DNA of 64,000 bases from Truepera sp. (GTDB lineage Bacteria > Deinococcota > Deinococci > Deinococcales > Trueperaceae): NCBI GenBank assembly GCA_965218435.1, contig CBDCKW010000005.1, forward strand, positions 160,001 to 224,000, written 5' to 3'. Positions 1-8,948 of this stretch are shown in pieces (the stretch's first letter is position 1; every line of letters begins with the position of its first letter). Made by a program: the position numbers and the translations under genes. The notes below the pieces were generated by a model that was not told where the DNA came from, did not search any database, and saw only the letters and a program-made list of their open reading frames with translations.

Positions 1-391
1 CACGCTATCGATGATAAACACGTCGCCTTGTGTAAACAACACAGCAAGCAAACCAAGCAACCCTTCGAACCAAGCCGCTAGAGCATGGAGTCGTCGGTTA
101 TAACGTGACACGCTTAAACGCGGCACATAACCTGAGCGGACCATGACGCACAGGGCGCGTTCCTGATGGTTCTGAAAATACTTCGCTGCCACCACCGCAA
201 CGGTCAAAACTTCCGGATCGCTAACGGTGGCAAGCGGGTGACTGTAATGCCCGAGTTCTTCCAAGGTCTCCGCAATAACGCTATATGCAGCTATGATAAA
301 GCTGTCGTCCATGTGCCGTGCCTCCTCAAACTCATGTCCTCAAACATCAGTTTAGGAGTCACCCACATGGATGGCAACTGGTAATTACGGT
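1..391 (-). mobile_element. IS982-family element (partial; runs off the window), transposase starts at 312
   Basis: Minus strand from 312 reads MDDSFIIAAYSVIAETLEELGHYSHPLATVSDPEVLTVAVVAAKYFQNHQERAL..., a close paralogue of the transposase at 37221-38070. Terminus CAACTGGTAATTACGGT (375-391) resembles that copy's IR CAACTAGCAATTAGGGT. Confidence 0.9.
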
Positions 392-402
392 ATACCTTAT
401 AT

Positions 403-834
403 ATGGTGCTTTTGGGCGCACACGCTGGCCTGAGGGTTAGTGAGATGACCGCGCTGAAGTGGGAGGACATCGACCTCAGCAGTGGAACGCTCAAGGTCGT
501 GGCGGGTAAGGGGGGTAAGACCGCGCGGGTCAACCTCTCCTCCACCCTGGTCGAGGCGCTCGAGCACGTCCCACTAGAAAAGCGCAAAGGCTATCTCCTG
601 CCTGCACGCTCGCGGATTGCCGTGTACAAAAGGCTCGAGGCAGCGTGCCGGGTCGCCAAGGTCAAGTTCAAAGGGGTTCATGCCTTAAGACATGCTGCGG
701 GAACAAGACTCAGAGATGAGACCGGAGATTTGGCGTTGGTTGCCGACCACTTACGGCACTCATCGCTCGATACCGCGCGCGGCTACGCCAAAGCCAGCAA
801 CCAGCAGCTTAAAAAGGCGGTCGGGGACTGGTAA
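403..834 (+). CDS. Tyrosine recombinase catalytic domain, 5'-truncated by the IS982 insertion
   Basis: Motifs GLRVSE, GKGGK, HALRH, LRHSSLDTARGY. Frame begins 12 bp after the IS end and lacks an N-terminal binding domain. No obvious IntI-specific insertion. Confidence 0.9.
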   Translation: MVLLGAHAGLRVSEMTALKWEDIDLSSGTLKVVAGKGGKTARVNLSSTLVEALEHVPLEKRKGYLLPARSRIAVYKRLEAACRVAKVKFKGVHALRHAAGTRLRDETGDLALVADHLRHSSLDTARGYAKASNQQLKKAVGDW

Positions 835-987
835 CACGCACGACTACAGGCAGTCGTGCGCAAATAGCAGTATTGGTTCAGAAGTCTAGAGACAGCGGGT
901 GTAAAGCGCAGCGACTTTCCTAAAGAGTCACGCCTGGACAACTTTTTTTCTAAGCGAGCGGGAAACCTCAATTCCGACTGAATGACT

Positions 988-1021
988 GTTGTGCGTTTCT
1001 CGCGCTCATTAAACGCATAAC
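988..1021 (+). repeat. 34-bp lox-like site A (13-8-13)
   Basis: GTTGTGCGTTTCT-CGCGCTCA-TTAAACGCATAAC; the outer 11 bp of the arms are inverted repeats with one mismatch; about 150 bp downstream of the recombinase. Confidence 0.8.
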
Positions 1022-1126
1022 GCAGCTTTGACCACTGCCATGATCCGGGCACGGGTCCGCGCCCGGGCGATTGCCACGTTCCTTGCAACCACCTCGGGAA
1101 GCGTCTCCAAAGTGGGCAGTAGAAAG

Positions 1127-1786
1127 TCACCGGGGTTGGGACACGATCGACCGAAAGCGCCGGTCATCGCTCTGCATCCTCGGATCGAGGGTAGGGTCGG
1201 CATACATGGGAGGGCAGCCGTGATCGATGGCGTCGGAGCGCAGTTCGTAGTGCCAGGGTTCGTTGCTGTAGATCTGGCACAGTCCGTATTTGGCACCGTG
1301 TTCGGACAGCCACGCCGTGGCGTCGAAGTGCCCGATGTCGATTGCGTCCCCGGACACGTGAGCCGACGTACCTGCGGTGGCGACCCATCGGGCAGCTTTC
1401 TCTTCAGAGCCGTACTCGGAGACCGCCTCACGAAGAAGCTGATTCTGGTACTCCGGGGAACGCCAGCCGCTGTTGACGTAGAACGTGACGTCGGCGTCAG
1501 CGGCATCCGTCGCCGCTTCACGCAGCGCCCGGCGCAGATCGGGGTTGAGGTTGGCAACGCCGGGATACTCGTCATCAAATACGGTTACGCCGTCAGGGAC
1601 GGCACCGTCAGCCTCGGTAGGCGTGCCACCGTCGTCGCCGCGAAGGACGTCGCCGACCGAGGACGCCGATGACGATGACTGATAGACGAGGGTTCCGATG
1701 ATCGCAGCGGTGACGACGACTAGGCCGACGGCGGTGGGCTTGAGAGTCTTGCGGGACCTTGTTCGTGCTGGTTCGTTGTAGGGCAT
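1127..1786 (-). CDS. vanY: M15B D,D-carboxypeptidase (VanY-like) with N-terminal membrane anchor
   Basis: SGWRS, TSAHVSGDAID and EPWHY zinc-peptidase motifs; divergent from vanR. Confidence 0.85.
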   Translation of the reverse strand: MPYNEPARTRSRKTLKPTAVGLVVVTAAIIGTLVYQSSSSASSVGDVLRGDDGGTPTEADGAVPDGVTVFDDEYPGVANLNPDLRRALREAATDAADADVTFYVNSGWRSPEYQNQLLREAVSEYGSEEKAARWVATAGTSAHVSGDAIDIGHFDATAWLSEHGAKYGLCQIYSNEPWHYELRSDAIDHGCPPMYADPTLDPRMQSDDRRFRSIVSQPR

Positions 1787-1873
1787 GCCTCCAGTTAAGG
1801 TAGTGTGGTGTTATCAACGCGTATGTGGTTTTCGGTATGCCGACGATATGCGCCAACTTATAGAATTGAGAGC
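1787..1873. promoter_or_regulatory. Divergent vanY/vanR promoter region, probable VanR sites
   Basis: Homologous to the region upstream of vanH (shared CCAGTTAAGG...GGTGTT...GTATnTGGTTTTnGnTATGCCGACGATA). Confidence 0.65.
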
Positions 1874-2566
1874 ATGCGCGTGTTGGTTGTTGAGGACGAG
1901 CCCTACATGGCGGAGGCCATCCGCGACGGTCTACGCCTGGAAGCGATCGCGACCGACATCGCCGGTAATGGCGACGTCGCTTTGGAGTTGCTTAGCATCA
2001 ACACCTACGACATTGCCGTCCTCGACCGCGATATCCCTGGCCCCTCCGGCGACGAGATCGCCAAACGCATCGTCGCCTCCGGCGGCATGCCGATCCTGAT
2101 GCTCACTGCTGCGGACCGGCTCGACGATAAAGCCTCCGGGTTCGAGCTAGGAGCTGACGACTACCTCACGAAGCCGTTCGAACTGCGAGAGCTCGTGCTC
2201 AGGCTCAGAGCACTCGACCGCAGGCGGGCGCACAGCAGGCCACCCGTGTGGGAAATCGCAGGTCTGCGGCTCGATCCGTTCCGCAGAGAGGTCTACCGCG
2301 ACGGCCGCTACGTCGCGCTGACCCGGAAGCAGTTCGCCGTGCTCGAGGTCCTCGTTACCGCCGAAGGCGGTGTCATCAGCGCCGAAGAGCTCTTGGAACG
2401 GGCATGGGACGAGAACGCCGACCCGTTCACCAACGCCGTGCGCATCACGGTCTCAGCCCTACGCAAACGACTCGGCGAACCCTGGCTGATCGCCACGGTG
2501 CCCGGCGTCGGCTACCACATTGACACCGGACCAGACACCGGCAGCAGGGGCGGCAACGATGGCTAG
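1874..2566 (+). CDS. vanR: VanR response regulator (OmpR family)
   Basis: MRVLVVEDE...DIAVLDRDIPGPSGDE...GADDYLTKPF...AWDENADPFTNAVRIT, actinobacterial VanR type; adjacent to vanHAX. Confidence 0.92.
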   Translation: MRVLVVEDEPYMAEAIRDGLRLEAIATDIAGNGDVALELLSINTYDIAVLDRDIPGPSGDEIAKRIVASGGMPILMLTAADRLDDKASGFELGADDYLTKPFELRELVLRLRALDRRRAHSRPPVWEIAGLRLDPFRREVYRDGRYVALTRKQFAVLEVLVTAEGGVISAEELLERAWDENADPFTNAVRITVSALRKRLGEPWLIATVPGVGYHIDTGPDTGSRGGNDG

Positions 2567-3701
2567 AGCGCCTGGGTTGAGCGTTCGCCTCAAACTCACC
2601 CTCAGCTACGCCGGGTTCCTGATGCTCGCGGGTGCCTTGCTACTCGCGGTCGTGTGGGTGTTCCTTCTGCGTTACGTACCCAACGATGCGATCGTCTTCC
2701 CCGGTCGCCAGCTGTCCGAAAATGCGATCAGAACCCCTGGTTTCTCCCCTAGTCTCTTCTTTCCCGGTCGGTCCGATCTCATACGGGCGTTTGCTCCGAA
2801 AGCAGCCGCCGTGCTGACGTTCCTGCTGGTGTTTGGTCTCGTGGGAGGATGGGTCCTCGCCGACCGCATGCTCGCCCCGCTGGCTCGCCTTACCGACGCT
2901 ACGCGCCTGGCAGAGAGCGGATCGCTCTCCCACCGGATCCGGCTACCGGGCCGCAACGATGAGTTCCGCGAGCTCGCCGACGCCTTCGACGCCATGCTCG
3001 CACGGCTCGAGGCGCACGACGCCGAACAGCGGAGGTTCGCCGCCAACGCCTCTCACGAACTGCGCACCCCACTGGCGATCACGCAGACTCTTCTCGAGGT
3101 CGCTCGCAACGATCCCAACCACCACACCAGCGAACTTGTCGAACGCCTCCTCGCTGTCAACGCCCGAGCGATCGACCTCACCGAAGCATTGCTCCTGCTC
3201 AGCCGCTCAGACCAGCGGTCGTTCACCCGCGAGCACGTCGATCTCTCCCTCCTCGCGGAAGAAGCCACCGAAACACTCCTCCCCCTCGCGGAAAAGCGTG
3301 GCGTCACCATTCAGACCTCCGGGGAGATCAGTGCCACGAGCGGTTCACATGCTCTCTTGCTGCAGATGACCACAAACTTGCTGCACAACGCCATCGTCCA
3401 CAATCTCCCCGAACATGGCACCGTGCAGGTCACCACCGCCAGCCGCCTCGAGTCCGTCACGCTTACTGTCGAAAATACTGGCGACAAGCTCACACCACAG
3501 CTGGTCTCGATACTCACCGAACCGTTCCAGCGCGGTACCGAACGCATCCGCAGCGATCATGCGGGTGTCGGCCTGGGCCTGGCAATCGTCAAGAGCATCA
3601 CCCAAGCACACGACGGCACCCTTACCTTTGCCCCCCGTCCCGCTGGCGGACTTCGCGTCACGGTGCAGCTACCCGGCGCGCTACCGCACACCAACAGCTG
3701 A
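2559..3701 (+). CDS. vanS: VanS sensor histidine kinase
   Basis: GLSVRLKLTLSY N-terminus, two TM helices, HAMP domain, FAANASHELRTP H-box, GLGLAIV G-box; overlaps the vanR stop. Confidence 0.92.
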   Translation: MARAPGLSVRLKLTLSYAGFLMLAGALLLAVVWVFLLRYVPNDAIVFPGRQLSENAIRTPGFSPSLFFPGRSDLIRAFAPKAAAVLTFLLVFGLVGGWVLADRMLAPLARLTDATRLAESGSLSHRIRLPGRNDEFRELADAFDAMLARLEAHDAEQRRFAANASHELRTPLAITQTLLEVARNDPNHHTSELVERLLAVNARAIDLTEALLLLSRSDQRSFTREHVDLSLLAEEATETLLPLAEKRGVTIQTSGEISATSGSHALLLQMTTNLLHNAIVHNLPEHGTVQVTTASRLESVTLTVENTGDKLTPQLVSILTEPFQRGTERIRSDHAGVGLGLAIVKSITQAHDGTLTFAPRPAGGLRVTVQLPGALPHTNS

Positions 3702-3845
3702 CATGTAGGAGAATAGCCGCACGCCACGAGAGGAATGGCCAGGGCTAGGGGATAAGGCCGGCAGGCGCGTAAGCGTCACGGCTTGCTGATTCGCCAGGTC
3801 GTTCGACAAGGACGCTGGCGGCACTTTCCCGTTTACCTTGCTCAA

Positions 3846-4454
3846 CTATAGGATGGGAAAATCAAAGTACGTGTTTGGATAAGGTTCATCTTTCAGGGTG
3901 TAATGCCACCACTCAAAAGCGTACGACTTAAAGCCGCACCCCTCCATAATCGAACAAAGGTGGCGACGATTTTTCGCTTCAGCATGCGTGACGCCTTTTG
4001 CGCCATGATGCGAAACTAAATCCATCAGATCATAGTTACCGCCCATTAAAACAAGGTCACCGATATCTAGATGATAAAGCGTCAAATCGACTGTACTGCC
4101 CCGACTATGGCCCGATTTAGCGGCTACATATCCCTTTTCAAACATCGCGGCTCGATCAATATTCGGATAGTGCCTTCGTTTCGTCCGGCCATCCTCCGGC
4201 TGTTTCGACCAGCGCATAAAACAATCGACGGCGCGTTGAGGGCGATAACCATCCCAAAGGAGCAAGCCAAAACCAAGGGCCGCGGCATCGTCTCGAGCTC
4301 TTTCCAGGGCAGCGCACAACGCCCTCGTACCGACAATTCGGTTTACCAGATATCCGTCCACCGGTTTGCCGGTGAAGTTGTCCCAGGTGGCGTACTTGGC
4401 ATCCCAACGGATGCCGGACACCAGCTCGTCCACGAACACGAAGTCGTCGTTCAT
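3846..4454 (-). CDS. vanX: D-Ala-D-Ala dipeptidase VanX
   Basis: 202 aa; WDAKYATWDNFTGKPVDGY, WDGYRP, SGHSRGS, EWWHY. Confidence 0.97.
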   Translation of the reverse strand: MNDDFVFVDELVSGIRWDAKYATWDNFTGKPVDGYLVNRIVGTRALCAALERARDDAAALGFGLLLWDGYRPQRAVDCFMRWSKQPEDGRTKRRHYPNIDRAAMFEKGYVAAKSGHSRGSTVDLTLYHLDIGDLVLMGGNYDLMDLVSHHGAKGVTHAEAKNRRHLCSIMEGCGFKSYAFEWWHYTLKDEPYPNTYFDFPIL

Positions 4455-5491
4455 TGCTTTACCCCGTGCAGTGTCATCGACACGAGTTGATCGATCACGT
4501 CAGACAGCGGCAGTCCTGCGGCGGCCATCATCCTGGGATAGCGGCTGTACGATGTCATGCCCGGCAAGGTGTTGACCTCATTGAGTACCACCTGCCCGTC
4601 TTCCTTGAGAAACATGTCCACGCGGGCAAGTCCTTGGCAGCCTAGGGTATGGTAGATGGCCTTAGCGGTCTCTTGGACGAGCCGGCGCGATTCTTCGGAG
4701 ATGTCGGCAGGAACGATGAATGTCGAATTCTCCGAGCCGGTCTCGGGTGAGTTCTCCTGGTGGATCCTGAAAAATCCGTGCGAGAGAGCGACGCGGTCCA
4801 CCTCGCCCGCAACCAAGTTAAATCGCTCCCCTAGGATCGCGCAGCCGATCTCGCTTCCGAAAACAGCCTCCTCGATAAGGACTTTCGAGTCGTACTGTCG
4901 TGCGTTTTCCAGCGCGCTCTGCAACTTATCTTTTCCGGTGACTTTGCTGACGCCGAAAGATGATCCCGAACGGGCCGGCTTCACGAAAATGGGGTAAGGA
5001 AGCTGGTCGGGGTTAACCGTTTCGTTCCCTAAGACGACCCAAAAGTTCGGCGTGGCGATTCCCGCACTTCTAGCGACGATGTAGGCTAGGGTCTTGTCTA
5101 TGCACAGGGCCGAGCTCTGGACGTCGCAGCCGACATAAGGGATACCCGAGAGCTCTAGCAGACCCTGGATTGCACCGTCCTCGCCAAGCTTGCCATGGAG
5201 TACGGGGAAAACCAGGTCGAGGCGGACTGTTTCGTACTCTCCCTGCTCCAGAACCAGCAGGCCGTGCACGCGCCTGTCCGGTGACACTACAGCCGTCCGG
5301 TAGCAGCCGCTCTCCCAACCCGCGTCGGGGCCATCACAGAGATTCCACGCACCGCCCGCCGTAATACCGATCCAGTACGGTTCGTACTTCTCAGTGTCGA
5401 GGTTCTTCGCGACCTCTTGTGCAGACTTGACGGAGACGGGATGTTCTTCGGATGTTCCCCCGAATATGATTCCGATCTTCAACCTATCCAT
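4451..5491 (-). CDS. vanA: D-Ala-D-lactate ligase (VanA-type)
   Basis: Ddl fold with GFFRIHQE...GSENS omega loop and PGMTSYSRYPRM; between vanH and vanX; subtype not assigned. Confidence 0.93.
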   Translation of the reverse strand: MDRLKIGIIFGGTSEEHPVSVKSAQEVAKNLDTEKYEPYWIGITAGGAWNLCDGPDAGWESGCYRTAVVSPDRRVHGLLVLEQGEYETVRLDLVFPVLHGKLGEDGAIQGLLELSGIPYVGCDVQSSALCIDKTLAYIVARSAGIATPNFWVVLGNETVNPDQLPYPIFVKPARSGSSFGVSKVTGKDKLQSALENARQYDSKVLIEEAVFGSEIGCAILGERFNLVAGEVDRVALSHGFFRIHQENSPETGSENSTFIVPADISEESRRLVQETAKAIYHTLGCQGLARVDMFLKEDGQVVLNEVNTLPGMTSYSRYPRMMAAAGLPLSDVIDQLVSMTLHGVKQ

Positions 5492-6515
5492 GCCGCTTCC
5501 TGCTTTCAAAGTTCAAGCAGTTGATAAGACTGTTTTCAACGGAGTCGTTCAGGGCGTGATCGGTGTAATAAGCGGTGTGCGGAGTTATAAGCACATTCGG
5601 CAGGCTTTGTAGTCGCAACATCACCTTGTTTTCGATGGGCTTGTCTCGGCAATCGGCGTAGAAGATTCCTTCCTCTCCTTCAAGGACATCCAATGCCGCA
5701 CCGCCCAACCTGCCGCTTTCCAACGCTGGAATAAGGGCCTCGGTATCAAGAAGTGAACCGCGTCCAGTATTAATAATGAATGCACCAGCTTTCATCTGCG
5801 CGATACGTTGGCGATTTAGGAGATGGTGCGTGGCCACGGTAAGAGGGGTGTGGAGCGTGACAATATCGCTCTGCCATAGCAGTTCTTTAAGCGGAACGTA
5901 ATCGGCAGAGGTCTTAGGACGATGGTCATGAGCTAAGATTTGGCAGCCAAAGCCCCGCAGTCTATTTATGACCGCTGCGCCAATGCTTCCTGTTCCAATG
6001 ACCCCAATAGTCAGATCGCGCAATTCTTTCCCGCGTACGTCATTCAATCTGTAATCATGGATATCTGTACGGCAGATAGTGGATTTTGCCTGTCGCACCA
6101 CCATCAGCATCAGCATTAAGGTGTAATCAGCCACGCTATCGGGCGAACAGGCGACATTCTCAACGGATATGCCGACGCTCTCCGCGTATTTCACATCGAT
6201 ATGGTTATATCCAACGCTTCTCGTGGAGATATACATTACACCGGCTCGGCTAAGCGCAAGAAGCGTGGAATTTGTGATTTGGGTTTTATGACTGACGCTG
6301 ATGCATCGGTTTCCAAATGCCAGTTCAATGGTGGCTTCAGATACTGCTGCCTCGGTGATGGTTAGCAGTACGCCAAAGCGAGGTGCTATCTCTCGAAGCA
6401 AGGTGGCCTCGTCTGGCCCGCATCCGTAGATTGTGATTCCCATTCTTGGGACGGCCGCAGCCACCAGCGATTGGGTGCAGCGGGCCGCTGTTTGGACTGG
6501 TTCGCTGTGGGTCAT
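5484..6515 (-). CDS. vanH: D-lactate dehydrogenase VanH
   Basis: GITIYGC, ISTRSVGYNHID, SVADYTLML, DVLEGEEGIFY, PHTAYYT; overlaps the ligase start. Confidence 0.95.
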   Translation of the reverse strand: MTHSEPVQTAARCTQSLVAAAVPRMGITIYGCGPDEATLLREIAPRFGVLLTITEAAVSEATIELAFGNRCISVSHKTQITNSTLLALSRAGVMYISTRSVGYNHIDVKYAESVGISVENVACSPDSVADYTLMLMLMVVRQAKSTICRTDIHDYRLNDVRGKELRDLTIGVIGTGSIGAAVINRLRGFGCQILAHDHRPKTSADYVPLKELLWQSDIVTLHTPLTVATHHLLNRQRIAQMKAGAFIINTGRGSLLDTEALIPALESGRLGGAALDVLEGEEGIFYADCRDKPIENKVMLRLQSLPNVLITPHTAYYTDHALNDSVENSLINCLNFESRKRHG

Positions 6516-6613
6516 GCCCCCAGTTAAGGCAGTTTGGTGTTGCCAGCACGTATCTGGTTTTTGATATGCCGACGATAGGTTATCGGCCGGTAATATGCGA
6601 GAGCATGCGTGTG
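6516..6613. promoter_or_regulatory. vanH promoter region with a vestigial vanR start
   Basis: Paralogue of 1787-1882, including GAGAGCATGCGTGTG (M-R-V at 6605). Confidence 0.65.
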
Positions 6614-6756
6614 CGCCAGCCCCCCGCCCGTCCAGCGCCCTTGTAGTCGGCGATCAACGCCGCAACCTCAGCGGGGGACAGGCACCGTTGGATGCAGCGC
6701 AGCTCGCAGATGTTGGGGTTGTGTCAATTTGTTTAAAACGAAGTGACATGGCACCA

Positions 6757-7020
6757 GGCATTGCCACGTTAAGTTTGTCTACCGCCCAGGTTCATGCTAG
6801 GGTTGGCGACTCGTGCGTACCGACCTCTACAAAGTCACCGCTTCCCGACCCAGATCATCAGCCGTCGCATGTGGCTTTATCATCGCTTCGACATGTCGTT
6901 TCGGGCGGTAGAAGAGCTGCTGTTCGAACGGGGTATCGTGCTGAGCTACGAGACCGTGAGGCGCTAGTGCCTCGAGTTCGGCGAGTACGACCGTCGCTTA
7001 AAGCGTCGCAGGGCACAAGC
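6757..7020 (+). pseudogene. IS6-family transposase 5' remnant
   Basis: GGCATTGCCACGTTAAG end, then HRFPTQIISRRMWLYHRFDMSFRAVEELLFERGIVLSYETVRR*CLEFG with an internal stop. Confidence 0.8.
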
Positions 7021-7126
7021 GGCCTTCCGGCCCGTTCGCAGCACAAGGGACATGTTCTATGGTCCTGGCGGTCTTTACGCGAGATGACCATCTTTGGCGC
7101 TATACTGTGAAGTGTCAGGAGCACCT

Positions 7127-7393
7127 ATGGACGCAAGCCTTGCCAATCTGCCTAAGCTCACCGGACTTCCCCCAAGTTTTCCTCAGAACGGTGCGATCAA
7201 CATCGTTCTCGAGCAAGGTGTGCCTACCTTTCGGGCCTCGCCCGCGGTTGTCAGCCGCGTCGAGCAGCTTCTTGAAAAGGAGCAGGAGGGCGGGTTGAGC
7301 AGGGCGAAAGCGGATGAACTTTCTCGTTACGAAGAGGTGGACGACTACCTCAGCCACCTGAACCGGGTTGTCCGGAACTTGCAGAGCGCTTAA
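7127..7393 (+). CDS. Small hypothetical protein of the type found upstream of HNH nucleases (putative antitoxin)
   Basis: RVEQLLEKEQEGGLS...ELSRYEEVDDYLSHLNR; 6 bp before the HNH gene. Confidence 0.6.
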   Translation: MDASLANLPKLTGLPPSFPQNGAINIVLEQGVPTFRASPAVVSRVEQLLEKEQEGGLSRAKADELSRYEEVDDYLSHLNRVVRNLQSA

Positions 7394-7399
7394 GGCGGG

Positions 7400-7852
7400 G
7401 TGGCGCGCCCCAAAGTACCTGATGTTTCAAAGGCCGAGGTCAGGACACGAGCAGCGTCTCTGTATGAATACTGCCACACGGACGAAACCCGGCAGTATGT
7501 GCCCTTTACCTTCGATCACGTCGTGCCTGTAAGTCTGGGTGGTAACACCACAGAGGAAAATCTGGCCCTTGCTTGCTTTCATTGCAATCGCCGTAAGGGC
7601 AATGCTGTACGCGCCGCTGATCCCACCACTGGGCAGGACGTACCGCTCTTCAACCCTAGAATGGACGTCTGGCAAGAACACTTTGTCTGGTCGGCCGACG
7701 GGCAGGAGATCGTTGCGCTGACCGTTACAGGGTGAGCGACTCTTCATGCTCTTGATCTCAACCGCGAGCGCGTCAAACGCATCCGCGAAGCTGACATAGC
7801 GGTCGGGCGGCACCCGCCCGTCGGCGATCCGGTTCGGACAGACGAAGGCTGA
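7400..7852 (+). pseudogene. HNH endonuclease with nonsense stop at 7733-7735
   Basis: DHVVP...NLALACFHCNRRK, LFNPR...WQEHF; the frame continues past TGA as ATLHALDLNRERVKRIR...GRHPP to a stop at 7852. Confidence 0.8.
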
Positions 7853-7854
7853 CT

Positions 7855-7888
7855 TTCTGCATTTGAACGCGCTCATTAAACGCACAAC
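7855..7888 (+). repeat. 34-bp lox-like site B
   Basis: TTCTGCATTTGAA-CGCGCTCA-TTAAACGCACAAC; spacer plus right arm match site A at 20/21. Confidence 0.8.
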
Positions 7889-8814
7889 GCTGTCGAATAC
7901 CCCAGAGGAGGTTGTTCTCTTCGCCGACCGTCTGCCCATCTTAGGCTCACATCCCACAAACGCTCCTGCGCCTCAACATCCTCGGCAAGGGGGTTCACGG
8001 CTTCGCGCTTGCAAAGTGGGCCATAGTACGCGCCCGTAATGGTTCCTGCCTCTGGCGCGGAGGCCAAGTAGACCGCCGGGGCCGCCCCCTGTTGCAGCGT
8101 GACGCGGTTGAACAGGCGGCGCACAGGCGCAGCCAGCCGGTACACAGGCCCGTTGTTGGTCGAAAAGCCGGTGACGACCGTGCCGGGATGCACCGCATTG
8201 GCGACGACGCCCGTACCCGCGAGCCTTCTTGCTAAGGCGAACGCGTGGAGCACGTTCGCCAGCTTGCTCTGGCTGTAAACGCCCCACCCCAGACCGGTGC
8301 TACCCCTGCCCTCGGTGGCCCAGTTGCTCCTGAACTCAAGGTCCTCCCAGTGCATGCGACCCTCGTGGTGGGCGCTCGAGGCTTGGTTGATGATGCGGGC
8401 CTCGCCGTGCTCGGCGGCGGTGCGCTTAAGCAGCTCGAGCAGGTCGTGGGTAAGCAGGAAGTAGCTGAGGTGGTTGAGCGCCCAGGTCATCTCGATCCCG
8501 TCTGCGCTCTCCTTATGCTCCGTAAACCAGGCCCCGGCATTGTTCATTAGCACGTCGAGTCGGCAGAGGTCGCGCTTAAGTGCCTCCGTCAACCTACGTA
8601 CCTCTGTCTGCACGGACAAGTCGGCGGCGTAGAAGCGCACGTTCGGGTTGCCCGTCTCCCAGCGAAGGCGGGCAGCAGTCGCCGCGCACTTTACGTCATT
8701 GCGGCTGACGAGGACGAGGTCGCCACCTTGCTGAGCAAGGTTTCTGGCGATGGCCTCGCCGAGGCCGTTCGTTGCGCCGGTGACGAGGACGGTTTTTCCT
8801 TCCATTGCCTTCAT
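7876..8814 (-). CDS. Short-chain dehydrogenase/reductase (retinol-DH-like)
   Basis: TGATNGLG, NNAG, YSQSK motifs. Confidence 0.9.
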   Translation of the reverse strand: MKAMEGKTVLVTGATNGLGEAIARNLAQQGGDLVLVSRNDVKCAATAARLRWETGNPNVRFYAADLSVQTEVRRLTEALKRDLCRLDVLMNNAGAWFTEHKESADGIEMTWALNHLSYFLLTHDLLELLKRTAAEHGEARIINQASSAHHEGRMHWEDLEFRSNWATEGRGSTGLGWGVYSQSKLANVLHAFALARRLAGTGVVANAVHPGTVVTGFSTNNGPVYRLAAPVRRLFNRVTLQQGAAPAVYLASAPEAGTITGAYYGPLCKREAVNPLAEDVEAQERLWDVSLRWADGRRREQPPLGYSTALCV

Positions 8815-8948
8815 CTCAGGTGTCCTTTCTGCGTGCTGGCTCGACCCGCTGAGCGGCTCGGCCTCGATGCCTCTGGTCCCCTCCCACCATCGTCGAGGAG
8901 GTCCCCAGAGTTCCCTCATCAGACAAACGCTGAGTTAACTTGGAAGGG

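Noticed and set aside
1009..1672. Long ORFs 1028-1672 (+) and 1009-1578 (-)
   Set aside because: Shadow frames of vanY. The same applies to many GC-rich antisense or alternate-frame ORFs, such as 19593-20438 and 46260-47111.
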